The notes under the pieces are model-generated. The model was not told the DNA's origin, did not search any database, and worked only from the letters and a program-made list of their open reading frames with translations. DNA of 64,000 nt. Origin: Cirrosporium novae-zelandiae (taxonomy: Eukaryota). Position numbers and translations under genes: made by a program. This document shows positions 49,201 to 61,850 of the stretch, one piece after another (position 1 is the stretch's first letter; the number at the start of each line of letters is the position of its first letter). The DNA is taken from positions 992,001 through 1,056,000 of the forward strand of contig JAPETS010000001.1 in the NCBI GenBank assembly GCA_026023565.1, in the 5' to 3' direction.

Positions 49201-52200
49201 GCAATCCAGCTTACAAGTTACAACAGAAAATTGGGTACTTTTCTAGCCTACGTTTTGTTCAACTGCACAAAAGTGGACGGATGCATTCTTCTTCTCTTTT
49301 TTTTCCTTCTGGACCTCTGGTCCTGGTGTTGTATCAATCAGTAACTAACTGTACCTATGTCCCCTCCAATCGTAAAAAATGTACAAAATACAAATAGTCC
49401 AAAAGAATTCAAACGAAATACCTAGATAATTCAATTCCTAACATTGTGTTGGAATCCTCCTCTCACTGGTTCACGAATAAACTTGCAGGGATATCAACCC
49501 TACAGCAAATCCCCGTCCTAGACTTTCCTGCCCAGTGCCTGCCTTCCAAGTACCCCCCCCACAGCCTCCAATGCCTTCCGCCTTGCTTGGAAGAGCCACT
49601 TTGGGTCCTAATGGCTTGGTCGAGACCATTCTCAAACTACTCAGCCACTCAAAACCATTTACATGCTATTTTATTTTATCCACTCCCTTTGGTTATCAAT
49701 ATTCTACATCGTAAATACCTGACTGCCAGTCGACCACTCTACCCATCAATTCCCTTTGACATACTCGAGTAGGTTGAACGCCGTCTTCTTCCCGTCCCCC
49801 CCAGCAGCTACAAATCTACCGACAACTGACACCATCACCATCACATCTCATGGTACGTCTTTTATACAAGATAGTACATATTCAGCAGCCAAGGTCACCA
49901 ACCAACATGACCAATAAATCATCATCTTAGGTCCTCTAGTTCTCAGGTACTCTTGGTACCACCGCCTCCGTCCCTTAAACGTCGCTGCTAGACGCTAACA
50001 ATCACGCCTCACTGCTCAGTGCAGTTGATTTCAGTCAGCTGATGCCTGTGTCACAATTCTAATTGTCTAATTGCTCTATTGTCTACTGTCGGCCTGTCTT
50101 GTCAACTAATACCGATTTTGCGTAATCATGGTAGTGACCTGCAGGAGCGCATGGTACATCCTAGACACCTGGGGTAGACCCAAGATGCTCAAGGTTATCA
50201 AAGTGCTTTTTTGCCTTTTTACCCTCAAGCCTGCCGCTGCACTCCTGATTGCTTGACAACGATGGGAAAACCTTTCAATGGATTGAAAAGTCATTGGCAA
50301 TTCCCGCCCCGCGACACGCGACGTACTATCAAGCTTCATGCGTCGAAGGCAAAGGAACGGTGACGAAGACAATATGTTGCGTGCAGGAATGTTAGTAAAA
50401 GCCAGCAAGTTATTATCAAGACACTGGTTCCAGAATGGCTTCAGGAGCTTATGCACGTTTAGCATATTTCGGCTTCCACTATCGGAACGGGCAACAGTTG
50501 GGCTTGAGTCGATCGTCACCTTTGCAACTCAAAAGAAGAATAGCTTAACCGGCGCCAAAACGTAACATCCTAATTCTTCCTGGGTAGCCTATCATCCTTA
50601 GTTTTGCACGGTCGACCCACCTGTGACTAAAGTAGGCTTATGATCAGCGTATGAACGCGTGAACTGCAGGGAAGAAGCTTCATCATTTGTCCAATGTATT
50701 TGAAGCATCAGTCCAAAAAGGCAATTCGTGACCTGCAGATGAAAACAATTTGTTGTCCAAATTCGGCTTAAATCTCTCATCATACGTCATGAAAAGCTCA
50801 GTCTGGATAGTGTAGGCTTAGTCTGTGTAGGCTGTGTAGAGCCCAAGAACATAGTTAAAATACGCGGCAAATGGGAGAAGGATCGGAAGAGGGCTACTGC
50901 GTCAATGTCGGTTAATTAGATCAGCGACGAACATGAATTGGGAAACACTAAAAGACCAAGAAAAAAAAAGTCCGGAGAGGTGGAAGGAGATTGGATTTGA
51001 CGATTTGAAGATTTTGGTGTGTGTGGGGGGGGGTAAGGGTAAGGGGGGGGAAGGAAAGGAAAGGTACAGATACAAAGATAAACCATAGGGTCAGGTACAG
51101 ATCTTTCCGTTATCTTTAAGACCTGGGTTTTACCTATGATGCCAAGGGAAATTATGTCTGAGACCTGTAGAATATATTTCAAAATTAATTAGTAATCGGT
51201 GATTGGAAATTGGCAATTGATAATTTTAAATTTATTACATATCATAGTTGACTTGAGAAAAAGACAAAAAAGCCTAATACTAAGAGAAAGTGATGGGAGT
51301 GAGAGAGGATGAGTTGCAAGGAATAGAGCAGTAGCATTTGGGAAGGGGAGGGTGAGGAGGGGGGGGGGGGTATGAAGAATTGAATGATTCAAAGGAACAA
51401 TTGAAGGGGATGACAACCGAAAGGTCGAAAGCAGGGACCGGCTTTCTCGGTCACAAGCCCTAACTTTAACTAAATTACCCAAGTAAGGCTAAAAAGCTAC
51501 CCATAACCATGAGGGACTGGCACTGACTGGCAGAACTACTCGAGTATGGAGGGGGGGTTACGAAAGTCGGAGATTGATGCTGGGCGAAGATCCGGATCAT
51601 GCCTCCTTTTGGTCTTTCTTCTCCTACTTCCCGAGGCATTCCTACTAATTATCAATGGGCACCCGGCACTCACTGGCTCTTACTGGCATTACTGACTAGC
51701 ATTAACTGACTGGCACTTACTGGCGCTTCCTGGAAGACTCCGACTGCGTACACTAATAATACAATAAACCAACTAAACCTCCCAAACTTAGCAATCCCCG
51801 TCTCTCTCCATCTTTCTAATTATTATTTGTACAGGAATCGTCACTGATCACTACTTACTCCCCCCCGTCATCTCCCCATCTGAATCCTTCAATCAAGAAA
51901 TCCATGAATCCCATCATCACCTGAGTCGGCAACTAGTAAATACAATTGATAATGATTGAATGAACCAGATGATTCTCACAGAGAACCCTTCAATCCATTA
52001 TCACTTTCATTACTCTCATTACTTCTCATTATTATTATTATTACTATCATCATCATCATCATCTTCTGTATATAGCCTGGCTCAACCAAAAAGGGAGACT
52101 CGATGAGTTAGCGATGCAGTAATGCCATACTGTTACGGCTAAAGGCAGCTTTTAACAGCACACGTTTTCTCTGGTGCCTGCATCTGTCTACACACCTGTC

Positions 52201-54106
52201 TGCACCTGTCTTGCCTGTGGTGGACTGGTTGTTGCATGCGGCGCAGCGGCAGTGTCCTGATTCACCAGACCTGAAGAAGGAAGATGCCGAATGGAGCAAC
52301 CAAGACCTCTCTGCATTGCCATGTATCATCCTGGTAAAAAAGGTGGTCTCTGCATTTTGGTGTTCAGCCAACTCCCATTTCCGACGTTAGCTAGGGTCTT
52401 GATTGACTAGCAGAGACGTTCTACTCAATTGAGGACAGACCATGGGCCATCGATAGATGATGAATGCAGGGAATTTCTTGGAGGATGTGTTGGCAGTTGC
52501 GGTCAGCGATAGATAGAGATGCAAGGCGCAAGGAAGGAGTCCTCGGGCAAACAAACTGAGCCCGATGATTGATGAAAGTTCCGATAGGGGAAGTCGTGGG
52601 GGAGGGGCGGAAAGTGAAACCGAGAAAATGCCGCGTTTGGGCGTGTGTGCGTGTTGCTATGTCGCCATGGTCGCCATGTTGCTGCCACCACCTGGAGGTC
52701 AAGGCTCTTCATAGCATCATTAATCACGAACAACGACCTCAACATGAAGATTCTTTTAGTTGTACATAGTACTGTTTGCGTATTCCCCCCTAAGTTGAAG
52801 GCCAACTGGGTTAAATTCCCTAGGTCTTCCCTAGACAGCATGAGAAATCCAATGGGTAGTGGGTGGTGGGCTATCAGCGGGCAGCCAATGTGCCAGACAG
52901 GCGCCTTTTGCGCCAAAACAATGCTTATCTCTGTGCCAAGATGCACAATTTCGCCAAGCATCATGATCGCCCAATTCACCCAAGTCCAAGATACGTTCCA
53001 TTCACGTCCCATTCGTCGTTGATGGGTCGATGATGAGGTTCATCATGGTTCGATTCGGATCAATCCCGGAATTGATGCTCCTGTGGCATGGAATCTGGAA
53101 ACATAGTATTTCATCTAGAAACCCCTCTTGCATCAACATCTTTGGAAGGTCAAGGTCAAGGGGGGAGGGGTGGAGAAGGAGAAGGAGAAGAGTACTTAGT
53201 AGGTTAAAAGAACCAATGAATAATAGCCAATCCCCTTTTTCAGGCTTTCAGCATTGAACCAACCGTACCAGCCCATCTGGGGAAATCATGCCAAGGATAT
53301 AGCCGCGAATGCTCGGTCCCTAATAAACTGACCAAATCTACAAAAAAAATCAAAAAAGATCAAACTTCTTCACCAAAACTGCCGAATTAGATCTCCCGCC
53401 AATTATTGCCTAAGGTCTGCGGTCAACGTCCACTTTACTTACTTTGTCACATGCTATTCACTTAACTACCTAGTTTTAAAGGTCGGAAGACCAAAATGCA
53501 AAATCTTCACATCAACTCTGTACCCCAGATCTAGAGATCCCCCTCCCCCCAAGTAGCCCCCTCATACTCTAAGAGGAAAATGCCATGTTTTAGGGTCAAG
53601 CACCGCAATTATGCAATGTTCCCAGATTGCTATATTTCAATATTTGCCTTGTTGCCTCTAGTACCTGATTCACCGGAAGACGCAGAATGCAGGCCGAGGT
53701 TTTTTCCCGACGGTTTCCATTTGCCATTAAAATGACTGTCTGCTTTGACCAGGACGGACAATCAACTCTTTGTCTCATCAACAAGCCACGTTGTCCACCA
53801 ATTAGTAAAATCCCCATTGCATCAAGTCAACTTCATTCTAAGATTGCCTCGGTCATTAACCTAATCTAATTAATATCAGCAACAACAATGTCGGTGGTTT
53901 TTGCTTATTGATCCTTCAGAGCATGAAATGTGGGGATGCTATCATGAACGTCTGAACTGGACTTGAAATTAAGTCTAGACCAGAGCATGAATTGCCAACC
54001 CAAAGACAGATCCCCCCCGAAACGCCCTCGACAACTTGTTGGTCCGATACCCTCGCTAGGAATCACTCACTTGAAGAGGAATACGTGACCTCACCTTTTC
54101 CCGTCT
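46285..54106 (-). promoter_or_regulatory. About 7.8 kb gene-free upstream region of the WOPR regulator (also contains the TDP1-like 3' end)
   Basis: No credible CDS. Many low-complexity tracts, G-runs and candidate minus-strand 5'UTR splice signals. Confidence 0.65.
51516..51726. repeat. Degenerate ACTGGCA/ACTGACTGGCA repeat cluster
   Basis: About 8 related copies at 51516-51532 and 51658-51726. Confidence 0.7.
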
Positions 54107-56691
54107 CTAGTGTTCTGCGTAGAACCACGGCCTTCGACCGTCATAATCTGCTGCAGGGATTATCATCGGAACTGGAACAGAACCACTAAAGACTTCTAGG
54201 CTGAGTGCATTATGTCCTCCTGTCCGTAGTCCTAGGTCCTTCTCATTTCCCTCGCCTTTTTCCAAGACGGGGATTAGGACACCGCATTCCCAGTTTCTCA
54301 AGTTGAGTTTTGGTCCCTTGGTAGTTCTGTCTTTTACTAGCTTTCCCCTACAGTACGTAGTCAAGTTAGCAGGAGACTTCCCGTACCCGTTTAGTGGCAA
54401 AATACAAACTTCCCGTCTTCAAGAAGTCTGTTTGGATCAAGCTTACCAAGCGCTCTCTGAAAGATTTGCACTACCAATGTAAGCCCATGCTAAATAGCCA
54501 GCCTTTTTAAAGGTGCCGATCGAGTTATGTGGGCGGGCAAACATAATCTGAGTATCATGAGATTAGCTAAATCTTGATATGTGGAGAGCTTGTCAAGAAT
54601 CTGCTAACATACTTTGTTATGCATAAGCAACCCTTGGCGTGTGCTCACACAATCCTTCATAAGATCACGTGGAAAGCTTGGAGAGTCAAACCATTTCGAT
54701 TGGAAACAAATCGTTCCACCATTCTAGATTCAAATTATCAGCTTTGATGGTCATCAATGGGATGCGTAGTGTAGTATTCAGTTCGTCATAGTGAGCACGT
54801 CATTCTCCTCTTTCGATCGTTGGAAATGATGTATTGTGGATGGAGTGGACAAATGGAACTTCCTACCCGAGGGCCCCCAGTTGAACGCATTACAGTCTCT
54901 TCAGATGGGAAATAAATGCGAAAATGATTTCTTAACTGCTCCTTTACCGCACCTTGGGCTTCCTTGGTTGAACTCTTTGCGCCCCGCCTATTGACGGTTT
55001 TCTGATTTTTAGATTCAAATTCTGTTAACCCATTTTCTCCTGTAGTGTGTTAGGGAAGACGCCTACTCTGTTGCAAGGTGGAACTGCTGACCTTGACAAG
55101 CGAGATATATCGCACTTAAAAAGTCATCATTGAGGGATCCAACAGAAGCCGTCTATGCTGTAGAGTTAGCATAAAGTTTCAATCAAAGTATCAAAAATGA
55201 TATTACAATAAAATCGACATCGAGTGGGTTCTTCGTTTGCAATCCAAGAGCACCTATGGCACTACCAAGCCCGCAATATCCTGTTCTCTTTATACTGTCC
55301 CCAAAATGAGAACCGCCACTAGACAATCAGGGTCAATTCAAAGTGGCATGGGACAGACTATAACATACATAGAGTGTATGAAAGCGATGTTTTTAGTTTT
55401 CGAGAAATCGAAATTGTGGATACTATTTATGACCTCCTTTTGGAGACCCATTGCTTCAATGAAGTGTATTAATTCATCTTTAAACAGCATCGATCCAGGC
55501 ACCTTTTGCTCGTCGATGATTACTTTATCTGTCAAACGAGGCAGATCGATGAGGAACACCATCTGAGACGTTGTCAGCTTGGTCCTCACGTTCCAAAGTA
55601 GATGCCTACGTTTTCCATTATACCCGTCTCACCCCAGTCGTATGGTACCAGGTTTGCGCTTGGGAGCACAATTCGAAGATGAGATGGATAAGACAACAGC
55701 ATTAATTTAGAATGCATACAATTGACTTGGGGTTCCATAGGGGGGAAACAGAGACGCAGGTTTGGCATTGAGGATGTTTCATTCAAATATTGCTGTTTCT
55801 GCTCACAGATTAACTACAAATATGCAAAGGGCGGATATTTGTACATACAGTTTCTTCTTCCTTGGCCCCCATTACAAATATCATTTTCGTCTGGTTGGTG
55901 TTAATTTTTCTCAACAGCCATTCAACATCCCATTGAAAGGAACTGAGGACAGCCAGCTGTAGTTTTGATTTCTGCAATATTTCCTCGATTTTGATATCTG
56001 ACTCCCTTGGATGGCCAAAAGCCCAAGTCTTTTTGACGGTTCCAAAGGGATATTGGATATCATTGCTTCCATCATTGGCTACTAGGTTGGCCTGAAACGA
56101 ACTAGATACGAAAGGGTTGTTCAATATAGTTGTAGACTGATGGTCACCCGCGCGTATTTTGGTCGCCCTCTGAAGAGGTGGGGGGGATATTGCTCGCCGT
56201 TTGCGCTGTTCAAGTCGCTCCAATCGTTCTTGCTCTTGTTTTTTTCTATCGATACCTAGAATACTCAATCCTGAGTTCAAGGAAGACTTCGAAGAACCCG
56301 CAGATCTATTCTCGGTCTCACTTAACACTTCAATGCCCATAAGATTTACTGGAGGCTGAATAATAGGTTCAACACTCGCCTTTTCTCCTTTGGTAGGATC
56401 AGTGGGTGTGTGTAAAATGGAAGGTTCATCTTCATTTCTTGTTTTATTTGAAGCAGTACTGGGCTCATGAAGTGGAGGTGTGATATCATCTTGCTTTGAA
56501 AGAGCAATAGCGAGTTGTAGCTCTTCGTCTTCTGCAGAGTTAATGGCTTCATCTGCCTCAGTAAGGTCTATGACCTGTTGTCCCAGCTCAACATTAGAGG
56601 TCGAGACATAAGTATGCGAGGAGGTATCTGTTTGATCTTGCAAGGAAAGCGCAACAGCTTGGCGAAGCTCTTCGTCGTCGTCGGAATCCAT
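54107..56691 (-). CDS. Tyrosyl-DNA phosphodiesterase 1-like protein with N-terminal ubiquitin-interacting motifs
   Basis: Multi-exon. PLD-superfamily motifs CMHSKLMLL...SANL and LMHNKIMF...YIGSANLSESAWG, then RNWECGV. Two UIM-like motifs near the N-terminus. ATG at 56691. Confidence 0.9.
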
Positions 56692-57033
56692 TAGATAGCT
56701 AGAAACAGTTTGGATTTGCTCTCCTTCCAAGGTGACGTGTTGAAACACGAGAATGAAAATGTCACATGACAGCGCGTAGACTATTTGTAGCGTAATTCAA
56801 CGAACGTCCTTGAGAAGTTGTTACAACAACTCATTCACTCAGCGAGCTCTTTATATGTCTTATTTGCTTTTCTATTTTTCTAGCCGTCATTTACTGGCTT
56901 TTTCGTATAGCCCGTCATGTGTTATTTAGATGCTACTTTGATCCCTGAAATTTAACCATCATTCAATGTGAAATCTATAATTTTACATCCAATTCAAACC
57001 GATGATAAACATCAGCATATTTTCTAACAATTT

Positions 57034-57972
57034 ACTGAAAATGATAAAAATAGTATTCTCACTACCGGGGTCGGAACTGTTGGAAATAGTATATGCTCTC
57101 GAATCCCCAGTTTTAGCCAAGTACCGCTACATTAAGACAGCACCTAGATAAATTCAAGGTCATGGTTATTGGACGTATAGGACTGACCAGAAGCTAAGCA
57201 ACTAGAATACCTCTCGACAAGGAAAAATACGGCACGAACTGGTTGGTCAATGGAGTCCAAGGTGACTCATTTATTTTTCTCCATATTTTCAACTCCTTTC
57301 GAAAGTGCGGGCGTGAGCCATAGGGGGTGATAGGACTATGATCTAGACGCACTCTTCTCTAACCTTCAACCTATGATTACATTCACCAAACTCGATGATT
57401 TTTAAGCTGATCGGACTTCAGATCTGTGCTCAAAGGGGGTTGATATTCGCCTCAGCACAGATGTAATAGTTAGAACCGATCGTTCCCCGAAAGGAATTAT
57501 CATCTAAACTAAGCTGTTTGATCCAAACCGTAATGACCGATAAGAGGAAATATAAGACCATCCTCCACCACCGAAACATTCAGCGAGTCAGTCCACTGCA
57601 TCCTCGCCGACGACGGCAAGAACATTCTCGGTAGGGTAGTGACTCAGCAGAAAAAGTTCATCACTTGCTTGGACAAGTACTTCCAAAAAACCTACGACAC
57701 AGTCACAAAACTCAAATTCCAGAAAACCTAGATCGTATTTGCAAAGAACGAATCTAGGAACTAGAACAATTCTTACGCCGAGGCCTCCGAGAAAATAGAA
57801 GCTGTTTGACTGCACAAAATTACCAGCACCAATCCCGAGTGGATCAAAATGCAAGGTAGCACCTAACCCACTCGACAACCATGTATTCCAACCAACCTTC
57901 TTAGAAAAGACTAATCGACCCCTATGTATAATCGACTACATTGAAAAATATAGAGCAGTCGGATCCAAATGA
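57034..57972 (+). pseudogene. Decayed FAD/NAD(P)-binding oxidoreductase (flavin amine-oxidase-like family)
   Basis: Piecewise translation: SILTTGVGTVG...QHLDKFKVMVI...*ATRIPLDKEKYGTNWLVNGVQG...*DYDLDALFSNLQPMITF...SKGVDIRLSTDV...TETFSESVHCILADDG...FDCT/NYQHQ...NHVFQPTFLEK. Many stops and frameshifts. Family recalled from memory. Confidence 0.75.
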
Positions 57973-58910
57973 TGACATTAGCAAGGCCATCGGTAGTAGC
58001 ATCACGTAGGGGTCGTATCCGTGATGATGTTTATTAATGGGGAGAATCACATCTGATTTGCCGGCTCGTAGACACTGATGGTATGCCCTATGCCCCATGT
58101 CTTCCTATCAACTTATATTCTTTTATATCCCTACATATACACCTATCTGTCTGTCACTACTATTAACTTACTAAGATTTTCTACAAACTGAACGTGCCTA
58201 GATATGCTTGCTTGTACGATAAATAATATTCTTCTATATAATACTAAGTTGAATTTAAGGCGTCGTACAGTAACAAATCTAGCTTTCAATTAACCGAGAT
58301 TCTTGATATACATCAAATATTAAGGATATCCTTACCGCAACGATTAGATGTATGTTTCATTTTTACGAAGTAAAGGCACATGGGTGTAGTTAGGTTTGAT
58401 ACCTACGACTACGACTACGACGAGGAAGTTCTTGACAAATTTATGGAATTTTCAAAAAAATTTCCTTTCTTTTAGCTGGCCCTTTGATCAAACGCACGAG
58501 AGACGAAACAACGAAACTTGATGTAACTTTGTTTTTAAAAAACAAAAAGCTGCATGACAACAGTAGCTAGGACATTTAAACCTTTGGATTCTCTCCATAG
58601 GAAGTCACCTTATAAGTAGCTTAAAATTCCTACTTACTGCTGTGGAGGTCAGTTAGTTTGGAATCCTCAATGGAGGGTCGTTATAACTTATCATGTAAGG
58701 CTAGAATGGTATGATCATGGTTTCTCTATTGGGCTGATTCCATTATGCTAGATCGTCATGGGATCTTTGATACGTTCTAATATTTTATACGCACAGCGCT
58801 CCTCACGAGGGCGTAACCACTACCCTGATCTTCGCCCTCATCCACAATATATTGGAGGCCGACCCTTAAAGGCACCTATTGTGCAAGCTGGGGCTGGTGT
58901 TACCACTTAA

Positions 58911-59733
58911 TCACGGATCAAAACTATCCCATACTCTCCAAAGAGCGTCCTTGGCGATTTTAGGAGCCACGCTGAATGCTGGAACATCTGATTTCTCATA
59001 CTCCGCCAAAAAGGCCAATTTTACCTCCTTTTCCGTCTATATTGTGCGCTCTCCTAGGCATGTGCGATAGCTTATTCTGTTGTCGACTAGACAAGTTTTC
59101 AAGTTTGCGTTTCTTGGAAGACTGGAAAATTTGATAAAGTTGGTGACATATCCCCCATGATCTTTCAATGTATAGACATGTCCGTGGGAAGCGGATGTCG
59201 GTCCAAACCAGGGCAACGCGGAGGTACCCTCATTCCTATATGTTTCACCATCTCGAGTTGTTGTTGCTGTATAGCTAAATCCTCAAGCGGGGGGACTCTA
59301 CATCCAAAATCGATGATTGGCAGGTTAGACGCAGGAAAATAGTTGGAGTAGAAAATCGGTAATGCTTCGGCTGTGGGTTGACGGCTGATGAGAAGAATAT
59401 TTACTGGAGACCAAATGGCGTTCTCAGGGACCAGACAGTCTTTCAAATTAGATATGTCTCCCTGCCTCCGAGAGGAGTTGGATGTGTTGCCATTTTTGCT
59501 TGCCACTCTTATTCTAGATCCTTGTTAGGAGTGGTGGTAGTGCGGAATGAGAAGCCTGTAACTTCGACCACGGATGATGGTATTTTCATGGTGTGATCAA
59601 AGATCGTAAGTCTGATTTTAGCAGGGAGATCAAGCAACCTAGAGCCATGAAATTGTTGAAGCAAGTCATCTTCCTCGTCATGCTGACTTGATATCGTAGA
59701 TATGTTGTCGACAATGGATCTAAATCGAAGCAT
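58911..59733 (-). pseudogene. Decayed fungal F-box-like protein gene
   Basis: SRLLDLPAKIRLTIFDH in one frame and NILLISRQPTAEALPIFYSNYF in another, separated by TAA 59509-59511 and a frameshift. Further stops downstream; 3' limit uncertain. Confidence 0.65.
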
Positions 59734-60707
59734 GAGTGGAATTATCAACAAGCAGACGACGACAAGTTTAAAGACAGTTAATAAAAGCTCACCTTGCCGA
59801 ACAACTGAATAGCATCCGCTAGAGAGATATTGACCAAGCCATTGCCTACTAATCGCGTGTAGGGCGAATGAGGGTAGTTAGTAGTTTTGACGCGAGGTTA
59901 TACCTATACCAACTAGAGTTTGTGTATTGGTATCGATATAGTTACTGTCGGAGAGTGATTAGGAACTGATATTTAGACTTGCGTGGTTATAAAGAATGTT
60001 GCGAATGAGATAAAATAATAGTGAAATTAAGTCTACCAAGCGTTTTCTTGCTACCATTTAGTTGTCGTTAAGTGACTTCAAATGAATAACGACGGTCGAC
60101 TTGACGCAACTCGAAGATGCGACGAAGAAAGTGTATCACGTATATTGAGTAGTCGCTATTGGCCGGTGTACGCTCTTGCTTCAAAGAAGTAATTTGTGAC
60201 AACAAAAGATCCGAGATCGAAAATGAGTTGTACCACGTATGAGGAAACCCTTTTCCTAGTTGTATGTATTTCAATGCAAATCACAAAGGCCTTTTATCTT
60301 AAACCAAGAATTATCTGGCTAGCATGGAAAATAATCGTCCCTCCGCTGGGGTGCGGGTTAATATCACGGATATGTTCTTGGTCTAGCAGAAGGAATCACG
60401 CATGATATCTATTCGCCAGCATCTTAGTGTCAAGCACTATTGGCTGATAGATAATCTTTCTATAGCCCTTCTTCACCAAAATCCTCATACGTCCTAAGTA
60501 CTACATTGCTGAAAACATCTGTTCAGTGAATTCGGTGTAGTAATCAATACAGCCCTTCGGACTGCAAACCAACACTGCGTGCAGCAAAGTAAGAGAAAAT
60601 ATATTGACACTGACCATGGTGGGTTTATATTGTCTTCCCGTGGCTTTGCCATGACTTCAAATTTCCTATAATTTTACTGTCCATGGAACGCGCTGACACG
60701 CTTCCCA

Positions 60708-61850
60708 TTAAGTGGCAGACATTTCGTCCTTGCTATGGGAGGCACCTCCTTCAGGCGATTCGGTAGCATCGTCCTCCTGCTCCCGCTTGAGCGAAATATC
60801 GTCAGGTTCCTGGGTAATGGGAAAATTTAAATGCTTCCAGTCCTCAATTTCTTCAATAATACTCCGAAGTCTATCGCGTATGCTCTCCACCGCATAGCTT
60901 CCTAGGAGCAATCGAAGAGGTGGAAATGAACAATGTGCCAATTGCCAAACCAGTTCTGCAGCCTTTATAGCACTCGTGGGTTGATTGTCGCCAATCCACT
61001 GAACAACTCTCTTGGCATGTGATGCGGGAGATGTGGCAGCAGAGTAGGGCTCCGAGGGAGGCCTAATGAAGAAGTGTCCATATTGGGGAAGATGAACGGA
61101 TTTCGGTGATAGTTCGTCTCTCCGAACATGCCCAGGCTCTACCAGTGTGGCTTTGATGTTGAAAGCATCAACTTCATATAGCATGCTCTCAATGAGGCCC
61201 TCGACTGCATATTTAGTTGCACAATATGGTCCCAAACCGGGAACGCCCAAGGCACCTGACGTCGAGCTGAATATAAGATATCTTCCTCTGCCTTGCTCAC
61301 GGAAGTAGGGCAAAGAAAGTTGTATTATATTCAAAACTCCCATAAAATTCGTCTCAAATTGGTTCCGAATTTCATACTCGTCCTGATCTTCACAGGCTCC
61401 AATGACTCCATAGCCAGAGCAATTAGCTATGATATCAATTCGACCCCAATGATCCAGTGCATGCTGCACAGACTCTTCGACAGTTTCTCGAACACGCACG
61501 TCACACAACAAACCTTGACAATTCTCATGCCATCCTTGCATGGCTTGCATTGTGTCTTCGAAGGTGCGGCCAACAGCACTTACATAATCGCCATGGCCGA
61601 GGGCTGCCTTAACGACTGAACGGCCCATATGGCCTGTAGCACCAAAAACCTAGGAAAGAAATCAGTATTTATTCTAACCCTGAGGGAAGGTTTTTCATGA
61701 ATAACAGACCAGCCATACAAGAGGTTTCGGAGGGTTATGGGACGAAGGCGGATCGCAGCTCGGAGGTAGCTGGAGTTTCGAGTTATTCGATACTGAAGAT
61801 GGTGAGGTTGAATTTGCTATATCTTTCTGACTGCTTTCATCTTCCTCCAT
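60708..61850 (-). CDS. Short-chain dehydrogenase/reductase
   Basis: Exon 1 61850-61710, intron 61709-61650. LVWLVFGATGHMGR Rossmann motif, ETNFMG, catalytic S...YCATK, TLVEPG. Confidence 0.92.

Noticed and set aside
53047..53057. GGTTCGATTC B-box/T-loop-like motif
   Set aside because: No A-box or cloverleaf stems, so not a tRNA.
52108..53257. Overlapping ORFs of up to 169 aa on both strands
   Set aside because: No family motif or consistent exon structure; likely chance ORFs.
54725..54866. C/D-box-like words (ATGACGA, TTGATGA, CTGA) in a TDP1-like intron
   Set aside because: Spacing is too tight for guide sequences, and the last CTGA is the branch site.
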